64,000 nucleotides of DNA from a bacterium (GTDB lineage: Bacteria > Hinthialibacterota > Hinthialibacteria > Hinthialibacterales > Hinthialibacteraceae), in assembly GCA_963662285.2 (NCBI GenBank), contig CAXXMV010000002.1, positions 1,632,001 to 1,696,000 of the forward strand, read 5' to 3'. A model generated the notes under the pieces. The model had not been told where the DNA came from. It made no database searches and saw only the letters and a program-made list of their open reading frames with translations. Positions 38,846 through 48,075 of the stretch are shown here, piece after piece. How positions within the stretch are numbered: position 1 is the stretch's first letter; every line of letters begins with the position of its first letter. The translations under genes and the position numbers were made by a program.

Positions 38846-40138
38846 CTAATGATTCAGTCGTAACTGTTGGGTTCTGGTCTGGTTGCGGCCTTTTTGTTTC
38901 GCCTCATATAAAGCTTGGTCGGCGGCTTCGATTAATTGATCCGGATTGAATTTGTTTAACGGTATTGTGCTTGCCGCGCCCAGGCTGATAGTTACGAAGT
39001 CAGATGCATCAGATTTCTGATGGGGAATCTTTAATGATAAAATGCTCTGGCGTATTTTTTCTGCAACTTTGATAGCTCCGTCAATGCGCGTTTCCGGTAA
39101 AATGATCACAAACTCTTCTCCTCCATAACGCGCAGCAAGGTCAGTCACGCGGTTGACCTGCTCTTCTAACCTTTTCGCAACCATTTGAAGGCATTCATCA
39201 CCGCTTTGGTGCCCGTAGGCGTCGTTGAATCTTTTAAAGTAATCGATATCGCATAAAATGAGAGAAAGCGGATTTCCAAAGCGGATGGCGCGCTTCCATT
39301 CCAATAACAGCACTTCATCGAATCGCCTGCGGTTGGCGATTCCTGTCAGGCCATCCATGAAACTCATGTGTTCCAGGCGTTTCTCTAAGGCCTTTCGCTC
39401 TGTAATATCTTGAAAGGTTCCCAGCAGCCGCGTGGTTCTATCTGAACTCTTTTGTTCGAAGATTGCTTGTAGGTGGCCTACGCGTTCCCGTCCGTCAAAA
39501 TGGATAAAGCGGAAATCTAATTTACATGATTTCTTATGGTGAATGGAATTGTCGAAAAATTCCTGGAATAGTTCTTTATCATCCTGATGGACAAAGTTTT
39601 CTAGAAATTCATAACTGGATGTGGCTTCTTGAGGTTCCAGCCCTAATAACCGATACATTTCATCTGACCAGGTCATTTTGTTCGTGTTGATATCCCAGTT
39701 AAAATTTCCTAAACCGGCAATTTTTTGGGTTTTGGCGAGAAGCGACTGAATATTATTCAGGGCTTTCTCTAATACCATGTATTGAGAAGCGTCTTTCAAG
39801 TAATGCACGTATTCATTCTCATGTACTTTGGCGGTTCTTATAAAAGTCGCCAATTCTGAATCGTTGCTGCGCAGTAGCAAAATTTCCGTAGAAAAGTCGC
39901 CTCCAACCTCTAATTGATCGATAGATTTTAAGAATTGATTAAAATTTTGGGGAGCGATGATGTTGAAAATATTCATGCTCAATAATTGATCCGGCTCATA
40001 TTCAAGCATTTTACTGCATGCCTCATTGGCGATGATAATATCTCCACTGGAATTTGATATGAATATTCCATCTATGGAAAAATCTATTATGGCGTCCAGT
40101 CGTTTTTTGAAGAGAAGGCTGTCATTACTGCTTGTCAT
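38846..40138 (-). CDS. PAS-PAS-GGDEF diguanylate cyclase
   Basis: DGLTGIANRR, DIDYFKRFND, I-site RVTD, ARYGGEEF. Confidence 0.93.
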   Translation of the reverse strand: MTSSNDSLLFKKRLDAIIDFSIDGIFISNSSGDIIIANEACSKMLEYEPDQLLSMNIFNIIAPQNFNQFLKSIDQLEVGGDFSTEILLLRSNDSELATFIRTAKVHENEYVHYLKDASQYMVLEKALNNIQSLLAKTQKIAGLGNFNWDINTNKMTWSDEMYRLLGLEPQEATSSYEFLENFVHQDDKELFQEFFDNSIHHKKSCKLDFRFIHFDGRERVGHLQAIFEQKSSDRTTRLLGTFQDITERKALEKRLEHMSFMDGLTGIANRRRFDEVLLLEWKRAIRFGNPLSLILCDIDYFKRFNDAYGHQSGDECLQMVAKRLEEQVNRVTDLAARYGGEEFVIILPETRIDGAIKVAEKIRQSILSLKIPHQKSDASDFVTISLGAASTIPLNKFNPDQLIEAADQALYEAKQKGRNQTRTQQLRLNH

Positions 40139-40507
40139 TACGCGACTCCAAAGTTGAGGTGATTTTTGAAGGATATTACATAATATACTGTGTAAAAAAG
40201 ATAATAGTAATATATCCGTTTGCCGGTTTTAATCCATGCCATATAAATGGTAAAGCGGCATTATTGATATAACTATGATTCACTTTATTTTTTAATTATA
40301 AGTACTAAATTATACGTAATGTGAAATATATATCTTATGATAAAAATTGTATTTTTATATTGACAAGATGCTGTAAATGTAAATAATAACGCATCATAGT
40401 GATATGGAATTATCTTCTTGCTGGCGCTCAACAACATTTTTTCTACTCTTCATCGATAATCATGGCTTAGAAGATTGATGTGTTAATAAAAAAAGGGAGA
40501 GTTAACA

Positions 40508-41404
40508 ATGAAATCAAGAAAATTCTATACCTGTATTCTTGTTTTAACACTCTGTTTTTTCACCTCTTCATGCACTCCGGAAAAAGCCAAGGCGTTATAT
40601 TCAGCGGCAGTGCAATTTAAGTTAGAGTCGTTAGACGCAGTCAACGCTATCGATGAAATGATGAGCAAAGAGATTGCCGCACCGCTGAGAGAGGCAAGCC
40701 CGGCTGATGAAGAATTTGTCAAGAATCTTTTATCATTGCCCGACGATATAGAAATTGATAGTTATGTAATTAATACTGCGATTGATCCATATACAGTTGA
40801 TTTGGATGAGGATTACCTAAAACGCCGGGCGAAATTCAAATCTGATTTACACCAGCAATACTCTACCTTTGCATCTATTTTCTCTGATTTGGAAGGCGCG
40901 TTTTTAGTCGCCGCAAAAGAAATAAAACGAGCCACGGCATCTGCGGAAAAGTTAACCCTCCAATTGTCTTGTTTTGCCAAATCGATTAGTGATAATCCAC
41001 CTATTTTCTTGCAATATCGTTCTTCGATTCTTAATCAGTTTGATGAAGTATTGAAAGATGAAAATCTAGAAGAGAATGAAAAACGGATTAGTTTGCTTAG
41101 TTTGAAAGAGAAATGGCTATCTATCAAAGACCAGGAAACTCAGATGCAACGAAACACCCTTGAGAAATGCGTGAAGGCTTCTCAACTTGGTATAAAAGTG
41201 AAGGAACTGATTGAAACCTATAATAAATTATCTCTCGATGATATTCACTTTTACGTCGCCAAGATACTCGATGAAGCTGGATCTATCTCAGGAAAAGATC
41301 TAAGTGATTTAAAAATCAAATCAGAAGAAATATATACGAAGATCACATCTGATCCGATATTAAAAAACTCGGCGGATGCAATCTTGGAACAAATAACCCC
41401 ATAA
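40508..41404 (+). CDS. Hypothetical helical lipoprotein
   Basis: Lipobox FTSS-C, AGGGAG SD. Confidence 0.7.
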   Translation: MKSRKFYTCILVLTLCFFTSSCTPEKAKALYSAAVQFKLESLDAVNAIDEMMSKEIAAPLREASPADEEFVKNLLSLPDDIEIDSYVINTAIDPYTVDLDEDYLKRRAKFKSDLHQQYSTFASIFSDLEGAFLVAAKEIKRATASAEKLTLQLSCFAKSISDNPPIFLQYRSSILNQFDEVLKDENLEENEKRISLLSLKEKWLSIKDQETQMQRNTLEKCVKASQLGIKVKELIETYNKLSLDDIHFYVAKILDEAGSISGKDLSDLKIKSEEIYTKITSDPILKNSADAILEQITP

Positions 41405-41419
41405 ACAGGAGGAAAAGAA

Positions 41420-41716
41420 ATGGATAATGATATTATCGTTCTCGAAGATGTGGCTGCATCTGTAATATCTATCGACAGGAAATATAGAAAAGCGGATTTT
41501 AATGATAAACTTTTGTTAAAAAAAGATCGAGACAAGGCTTTTAATACTTATGCGAAAGCCCGGTTGAAATTACTGGAAGACGGCGTTATATGCAAGCAAA
41601 AAGATGTCGATGAAATGAAAGAGATTCGTAGTGCAATCTCTCGCGCCAGAAAAACGCAAACCATTCTAGCCGCTATCGGTCGGTTGGTGGTATTTTTAGC
41701 GAAGATAGCCGTTTAG
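41420..41716 (+). CDS. Small hypothetical protein with hydrophobic C-terminus
   Basis: AGGAGG SD, 15 bp after the lipoprotein gene, followed by a terminator. Confidence 0.7.
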   Translation: MDNDIIVLEDVAASVISIDRKYRKADFNDKLLLKKDRDKAFNTYAKARLKLLEDGVICKQKDVDEMKEIRSAISRARKTQTILAAIGRLVVFLAKIAV

Positions 41717-41748
41717 GAATTATCGATAAAAAACTGATTATAATTTTA

Positions 41749-41780
41749 CAGGGGGTAATGGAATTTTCCATTACCCCCTG
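41749..41780 (+). terminator. Terminator hairpin
   Basis: CAGGGGGTAATGGAA-tt-TTCCATTACCCCCTG. Confidence 0.7.
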
Positions 41781-41939
41781 CTTATTATCAAAAGAAATTT
41801 TCAACCAAAGCGCTTCCACCTGTTAGTTCTTCAATTATGTGATACATTTGTATAAAGTGCGTTTATTGAATAATTACAAACTTAACAGATAATAAGGCTA
41901 TAGTAGAATCATAATCTTCGGGGATGGGATATAGTTCTT

Positions 41940-44615
41940 ATGCAGCGATTGCCAATTACCTTTCGATTAACATGTTTCCGGGCGTTCATTATTCTGGCTT
42001 CAATTACACTTATAACTCTAACTTCAGTCAAATCATATTCACAAATCCTGCTGATCAACGAAATTCTGACATCTACGTCAGAAACTGATCAAAATGGGAC
42101 TCCATTGGAGTGGGTGGAAATTTTTAACGCTGGATCAGAAGCGGTCGATCTGGTGCAATATAGTCTGACCGATGATTTACAGAATCCCAGGAAATGGAAT
42201 TTCCCGCCAGTTACGCTTGAGCCGGGCGGCTACTTTCTGGCTATGGCCACCGCTTACGATTATTATAATCCAGGCGAATATCACACCAATTTCAGGCTTG
42301 ACGCTGATGGCGAATACCTGGCGATTTATCGAAATTCTGATTTACTGGTCATAGATTCCATAAATTATCCGGTTCAGCAGAAAAACGTATCCTATGGGCG
42401 TGATCCCAATACTCCCGAAAAGTGGGTCTTTCTAGATCCAACTCCGAAAAAAGTTAATCCAGCCGATGGATCGGTTGGCAGCGCTGAAGCTCCGGTTTTT
42501 TCGATCCCCGGCGGCGCCTTTGATGCGGCTGTTACAGTGGAACTATCGACTGACCAGGATGATGCTGATATCCGCTATACATTGGATGGTTCTCCACCAA
42601 GCCAAACCAGCCCGATATACACGAATCCTATTACTATAAATAAATCCACCCCGCTTCGCGCCAGCGTGTTCATGGAAGAGTATGCGCCTAGTGATATCAT
42701 TACCCATACTTATTTTATAAACGAAGATATGCCGTTGCCCATCATTTCTTTAGTTACTGATCCTCCTGGATTATGGGATAGATCAAAAGGCATCTACGCC
42801 AATGCGAGCCAGCATGGACCTAATTGGGAACGATCCGCTTCGATGGAATATATCAAGCTGGATGGCAGCCGGTGGTTTGGCGTTGACGCTGGAGTACGCA
42901 TTCACGGCGGGGCGTCGCGCGACCGTGCAGAGAAGAAATCATTCCGGGTCTATTTCCGGACGAACTATGGCCCGGGGCGTTTGAACATTCCTCTCATTCC
43001 ATCAACTCCACTGGACGACTTTGACAGTTTTATTTTACGCGCCGGGTATAACGACAGTTGGATTCATTGGGATGCCATAGAGCGTCAGGTAGCGGTCTAT
43101 ATCTCCGACCAGTTGGGACGCACTGTTCATGGCGACATGGGTTCAGTTTTTTGTCATGGCATTTACGCCGGGTTATATCTCAACGCAGATTATTGGGGAG
43201 TGTATAACCTATGCGAGCGGGTCGACAGCGATTTTCTTGATTCGTATTACGGCGATGAAGAATGGGACATTATTTCGGACGATGAGGTTAAAGAAGGCGA
43301 CAAGACTGAATGGAACCGCTTGATCACTTTCGCTGCGAGTAAAGACATGCGCAACGATGATAATTATGCTCAGTTGGTCGACATGATTGATCTGGAGCAG
43401 GTCACCTCTTATTACATTCTCAATATATGGGTTCAGAATCATGATTGGCCTCATCATAACTGGTTTACCGCCCGTGAACGAAGACCGGACGGCAAATGGA
43501 AATTCCTGGTCTGGGATATGGAAGACTCGTTCGGTTCAGGCGTATCACGCGGCAGTTATAACATGAATTCATTTACCAATGCTCAACAGGGTGGTTCTTT
43601 GGGCACTCTCTTCAAAGCATTATTGAATAATGACCAATATAAACAATATTTCATGGATCGGCTCTATTATTATCTGGATACTGTTTTGAATCCAGAACAT
43701 TTGCTGCCTATGTTGGATGATCAAGCCAACCAGATTCGCGTCGGCATCCCATCTGAAGCGGAGCGCTGGAACCAAAATATGAATATTGATGTCTGGGAAG
43801 AGGCTTTGAATACGGCTAGGACATTCATCAACAACCGCACGGAATTCGTATTGAATCACGTCACCCGTGCGATTAAACTGCCTACGCCGACTCCAACCCC
43901 GGCGCCAGTTAAACCTACTCCGACGCCGGGTGGACCGACGCCGACTCCTACCTCCACCCCGACCGTTACGCCGACTCCAGTGCAACCCATTCCCGGCGAG
44001 GAACTGGGCATCTTTGAAGCCAGCGTCGATATTGGCGATGCGCTGGCTGCTGAAGGAGAGGCTTTGTTTGATGCGTCAACCGGAGTCTATACAGTCACGG
44101 GAAGCGGGACTGATATTTGGGGAACCCAGGATGAATTTCATTTTCTCTATAAGCAAATCAGCGGAGATTTTTCTCTTGAAGCGGAAATGAGCGGAGAAAA
44201 CCTGGGTGGAAGCGATTGGGCCAAGATCACGCTTATGGCGCGTGATTCCCTCGATGCGGATGCCAGGCATTTCGCCCCACGCCTTCAGGAATCAACTTTA
44301 CAGGCCAGTTCTCAATGGCGCATGGAAACAGGCGGCTCTGCGGGAAGCTCCGCAAGTGGATCGCGCATCAACGCAAATCAACATGATGGGCGTTTCCGGC
44401 TGGTGCGTGATGGAGACGATTTCAACACATATTATTTTTCGGTTGACCTTAACGATTGGTCCTATCTGGATGGCCAAACTATCTTTATGGATGACCCCAT
44501 CTATATCGGTTTAGCTGTCACATCTCACGACAACGGCAATTACGCCAAAGGCTTTTACGAAAATGTTAAATTAACTCTACCCCATACCGTTATCTATGAT
44601 TGGATGATGCATTAG
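41940..44615 (+). CDS. Secreted LTD + chitobiase/FN3-like + CotH kinase + Pro/Thr linker + beta-sandwich protein with the shared C-terminal motif
   Basis: LINEI..EWVEIFN, IRYTLDGS.P, NHDWPHHNW..VWDMEDSFG, PTPTPTP, GSGTDIWGTQDEFHF. Ends TVIYDWMMH. Confidence 0.88.
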   Translation: MQRLPITFRLTCFRAFIILASITLITLTSVKSYSQILLINEILTSTSETDQNGTPLEWVEIFNAGSEAVDLVQYSLTDDLQNPRKWNFPPVTLEPGGYFLAMATAYDYYNPGEYHTNFRLDADGEYLAIYRNSDLLVIDSINYPVQQKNVSYGRDPNTPEKWVFLDPTPKKVNPADGSVGSAEAPVFSIPGGAFDAAVTVELSTDQDDADIRYTLDGSPPSQTSPIYTNPITINKSTPLRASVFMEEYAPSDIITHTYFINEDMPLPIISLVTDPPGLWDRSKGIYANASQHGPNWERSASMEYIKLDGSRWFGVDAGVRIHGGASRDRAEKKSFRVYFRTNYGPGRLNIPLIPSTPLDDFDSFILRAGYNDSWIHWDAIERQVAVYISDQLGRTVHGDMGSVFCHGIYAGLYLNADYWGVYNLCERVDSDFLDSYYGDEEWDIISDDEVKEGDKTEWNRLITFAASKDMRNDDNYAQLVDMIDLEQVTSYYILNIWVQNHDWPHHNWFTARERRPDGKWKFLVWDMEDSFGSGVSRGSYNMNSFTNAQQGGSLGTLFKALLNNDQYKQYFMDRLYYYLDTVLNPEHLLPMLDDQANQIRVGIPSEAERWNQNMNIDVWEEALNTARTFINNRTEFVLNHVTRAIKLPTPTPTPAPVKPTPTPGGPTPTPTSTPTVTPTPVQPIPGEELGIFEASVDIGDALAAEGEALFDASTGVYTVTGSGTDIWGTQDEFHFLYKQISGDFSLEAEMSGENLGGSDWAKITLMARDSLDADARHFAPRLQESTLQASSQWRMETGGSAGSSASGSRINANQHDGRFRLVRDGDDFNTYYFSVDLNDWSYLDGQTIFMDDPIYIGLAVTSHDNGNYAKGFYENVKLTLPHTVIYDWMMH

Positions 44616-44886
44616 GAATTATGTCTGGATCATAAGCCGTAGATATTAAAGGCGGAAGATTGTAATGCCGTTTTGTTTGAATTTACGTCGAGATTCTTGC
44701 GATTGTTTTTGTTTGATTACTGATTCGACTTAAACAATATGTGAATTATGTCATACAAATCGTTATTTTTCCGGCAAAAATGAGTAATCAGGCTTGCTTT
44801 TATAGAAATATGTTCAACAATTAGATGTAAGGAAAGTTTTTATTGTGAACTTGTGTGTCTAAAATAGACAAAGGAATTCATTAAAT

Positions 44887-45213
44887 ATGGAAAATAAGCG
44901 TTTTTTACGCGATGGCGTTATTGATTCAATGATTCAACACATATGTGATATATCTGGTAGTTATACTGAAGAAGGTTCAGTAGTGGTCTGTTCTCAATCT
45001 TTTGAGTCGATAACAGAATTGTACGAATCAAACAAAATTGCCTTGAAATATTTAGAAAGTCTTATCGAAGAGTCTCATGAAGAAATGGAAATTGATGATC
45101 TTATAGATCAGGTGGTTGAAGCGGCAACTCAAATTCAACAGGGCTGCCCGTCAACCTATAGTTCACTGCAAGGCTCTCTTAATAACTATATTAGAGTGAT
45201 CCGCAGTGATTAG
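44887..45213 (+). CDS. Small acidic hypothetical protein
   Basis: 108-aa ORF with AAGGA SD and a downstream terminator. Confidence 0.55.
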   Translation: MENKRFLRDGVIDSMIQHICDISGSYTEEGSVVVCSQSFESITELYESNKIALKYLESLIEESHEEMEIDDLIDQVVEAATQIQQGCPSTYSSLQGSLNNYIRVIRSD

Positions 45214-45309
45214 AGTGGTAACTGAAAAAGTAGGCGGAAAATTTTCCCATCCACTCTGGATGCAAAGTAAACGGCCTATGCTCTAATTGAGTTTCAATGA
45301 TGCTAATGT

Positions 45310-45340
45310 AAAAGGGCGCGGAGAAATCCGCGCCCTTTTT
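45310..45340. terminator. Bidirectional terminator
   Basis: AAAAGGGCGCGGA-gaaa-TCCGCGCCCTTTTT between convergent genes. Confidence 0.8.
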
Positions 45341-45399
45341 AGGCTCCCTTTATAAATCAACCCTGAACACTAAAACAATACAGTCTCGCCAGATATAAT

Positions 45400-46515
45400 T
45401 TATGCCATATAATTCAAGTACATTTCACCGATCAGGTTGCGGGAGCCATTATTTCGCTCAAACCATGTGCTGGCGGCCATACGGTTTCCCGCAATACGCC
45501 GATCTTCATCTTGGGCGTCAAGTGATATTCGCAATATTCCTTCATCATGCAATGAAACCAGTTCGTTAATCTGCGATGCTCCGTCTCCATTGCGGTCTAT
45601 GAACAGACGCAACTGCTCAAATACGGCGTCTTTTTCATCGATAAAGCCATCGCTGTTATCGTCGAATTTGCGCAATTCTTCTATGCCGTTCTTTGCGCCA
45701 TGTTGGTCTCCGAATAGTTCTTTACCGCTGTCTATGGTTCCATTGCCATTTCTGTCTAGTGCGAGGAAGGCGTCGTCGCCGGTGACGAATGCCGTCTGTT
45801 CGGTTCTTCCATCGCCAGTGATATCAAAGTTCACTCCATCCTCCGCAGTGGTCAATTCCAAACCGTCGCCATCCAAGTCGAATACTAAAGGCTCAGCTTC
45901 CATGACGCCTGATGCAGCCATTTCCGTCATTCTGGCGTTCTCACGCGAGCGAATTTCTTCTCCGTTTTGGATAAATGTCTGGCTTTGGAAATTAACCTCG
46001 TAGGATTGCTGGACGCTGCTTGAACTGAAGCCGAATTCTTTTCCGACTTGAGCCATGAATTCATCAAAAGATAATTCCTGGCCAGTTTCTCCATTGAGAT
46101 AAGACTCCATCCGGTTAAGAAATCTGTCAAATGATTCTTCGTCTTTGGATAATTGACGGATCATCTGCATATAAGTCTGCAATTCGGAGGACATGGAAAA
46201 CTGGAATCTTTTATTTGAAATAACCGGAGAATTGGAACTTTGTTGAGTGGAAACCGACGATAGTTGAAAACGTTCTTCTATGAGGTTAGCCTGTTCCATT
46301 ACTCTGTTTACAAAATCCAGAAGACCCATTGCAGTGCTTGATATTTCGACAAGAGCAATTTCTGCAATGTTAGTTGCATCCTGTTCGGTTGCCACTGGTT
46401 CTCCGCTGGTCGTAGACTCAGATGATGTGCGCTCTTGGCGTTGCTGGATAATTTGGGATGAACGAAAGGTTTTGTTTATAGACGCAAATGCGCCTACTTG
46501 ATAAATTGGATCCAC
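45400..46515 (-). CDS. Protein with low-complexity N-terminus and C-terminal Ca-binding DxDGDG domain, no signal peptide
   Basis: PLVFDLDGDGLELT, FDITGDG, LALDRNGNGTIDSGKELFG, DDNSDGFID, DRNGDG. Confidence 0.8.
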   Translation of the reverse strand: MDPIYQVGAFASINKTFRSSQIIQQRQERTSSESTTSGEPVATEQDATNIAEIALVEISSTAMGLLDFVNRVMEQANLIEERFQLSSVSTQQSSNSPVISNKRFQFSMSSELQTYMQMIRQLSKDEESFDRFLNRMESYLNGETGQELSFDEFMAQVGKEFGFSSSSVQQSYEVNFQSQTFIQNGEEIRSRENARMTEMAASGVMEAEPLVFDLDGDGLELTTAEDGVNFDITGDGRTEQTAFVTGDDAFLALDRNGNGTIDSGKELFGDQHGAKNGIEELRKFDDNSDGFIDEKDAVFEQLRLFIDRNGDGASQINELVSLHDEGILRISLDAQDEDRRIAGNRMAASTWFERNNGSRNLIGEMYLNYMA

Positions 46516-46541
46516 GATACACCGCCCTAATCAAATAAAAA

Positions 46542-46616
46542 TTCCATCCCTGGAACAGAAGCGCAGCCTTCCTTGGCTATCGTTTTCAATATCGGCGGAG
46601 TTTCCATATACCTTGA
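46542..46616 (-). promoter_or_regulatory. Sigma28-type promoter plus two GGA-loop hairpins (CsrA-type sites)
   Basis: Minus strand TCAAG-N15-GCCGATAT (46616-46589). Leader AGCC-AAGGAA-GGCT and TTCC-AGGGAT-GGAA. Confidence 0.65.
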
Positions 46617-46824
46617 GGGAACTAAATAAGAAAAATGAAAATCAGGAATTCCCCTACATTTCGCCCTGACAAATCAGAATTCGCATTATCCCCTACGCAA
46701 TCAACACTTAGAGCAGTTCTTTCCTGGCTCTTGTTTTTTATACGTTGTATTTTTTTGAGAATCAACCTAAAGTTTGGGAAGTTATAGCGATTATTAATCC
46801 AAAGGTATATTAACGAATAACATA

Positions 46825-47952
46825 ATGATAAAAAAAATCCTGGTAGTTTTTGGAACCCGTCCCGAAGCGATTAAAATGGCCCCGGTTGTGAAAGCGCTGC
46901 AACTGCGTCCTGAGCATTTCAATACCCAAGTGTGCGTAACTGCTCAGCATAGGGGTATGCTTGATCAGGTGCTGGATATCTTTGGGATCAAACCGGATTT
47001 CGATCTCGACTTAATGCAAGACGGCCAAGACCTGGAAGATATTACTACTCGCGTCATGCAGGGAATGAAAATAATCCTACGTCGCGAGAAACCCGACTTG
47101 GTTCTGGTGCATGGCGACACCACAACTTCATTTACCACCAGTCTGACCTGCTTTTATGAAAAAATTCCGGTTGGACATGTCGAAGCCGGATTGCGCACGG
47201 GAACGCTTGACGCTCCCTGGCCGGAAGAGATGAACCGGCGGGTGACGGGCATCCTGGCCGCTTTGCATTTCGCGCCCACGGAGGAGGCTCGCGATAACCT
47301 GCTGCGTGATGGAGTTAATCCCCAAAACGTTTTTGTTACAGGCAATACCGTAATCGATGCTCTGATGGAAACGGTTGACGCAATTAAATCAAATGCTCAA
47401 TTAGAGAAATCCCTGCATGATCGTTTTCCTTTTCTGTACGCCGATCGTAAAATGATTTTGATTACTGCGCATAGGCGTGAAAGTTTCGGACAGAAATTTG
47501 AACAGATATGTTTAGCCTTGAAAGAAATTGCGCAGCGGGATGATGTGGACTTGGTTTATCCGGTGCATCTTAATCCCAATGTGCAGGAACCAGTACGCCG
47601 CATATTAGGTGAAGTCCCTAATGTATACCTTATGGAGCCGGTAGATTATCTGGGATTCATTTATCTGCTCGACAAGTCATATCTGGTTATTACCGATTCC
47701 GGCGGCATCCAGGAAGAAGCGCCGTCGCTGGGTAAACCGGTGCTGGTTCTGCGTGACGCAACCGAGCGTCCTGAAGCATTGGAAGCGGGAACAGTTAAAC
47801 TGGTTGGCGCCGATCAGCAATTGATTGTGACTGAGGCGAATCATCTACTCGATTCTAAAGAGTCCTATGAAAGAATGGCGCAGGCTAGTAATCCCTATGG
47901 AGATGGAAGCGCTTCAGAACGAATTGTGCAAGAGTTGATAATCGCAAAATAG
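46825..47952 (+). CDS. wecB: UDP-N-acetylglucosamine 2-epimerase (non-hydrolysing)
   Basis: [48 protein letters not shown]. Confidence 0.96.
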   Translation: MIKKILVVFGTRPEAIKMAPVVKALQLRPEHFNTQVCVTAQHRGMLDQVLDIFGIKPDFDLDLMQDGQDLEDITTRVMQGMKIILRREKPDLVLVHGDTTTSFTTSLTCFYEKIPVGHVEAGLRTGTLDAPWPEEMNRRVTGILAALHFAPTEEARDNLLRDGVNPQNVFVTGNTVIDALMETVDAIKSNAQLEKSLHDRFPFLYADRKMILITAHRRESFGQKFEQICLALKEIAQRDDVDLVYPVHLNPNVQEPVRRILGEVPNVYLMEPVDYLGFIYLLDKSYLVITDSGGIQEEAPSLGKPVLVLRDATERPEALEAGTVKLVGADQQLIVTEANHLLDSKESYERMAQASNPYGDGSASERIVQELIIAK

Positions 47953-48075
47953 TCTGAACCTCTGATGTGAATAATTTTGTCTTTGCTAACTTCTTATGGC
48001 AACGTATCATTTCCAAAAAAAATAACCTATCATACCCGAATTGACGTAATGTAATATATTGTGCGGAGGATGAAA

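Noticed and set aside
43879-43990. Repetitive ccgac/ccaac DNA
   Set aside because: It encodes an ordinary Pro/Thr linker.
46768-46794. Sigma28-like promoter before wecB (TAAAGTTT...AGCGATTA)
   Set aside because: The -35 is good, but the -10 has several mismatches and the spacing is one base short.
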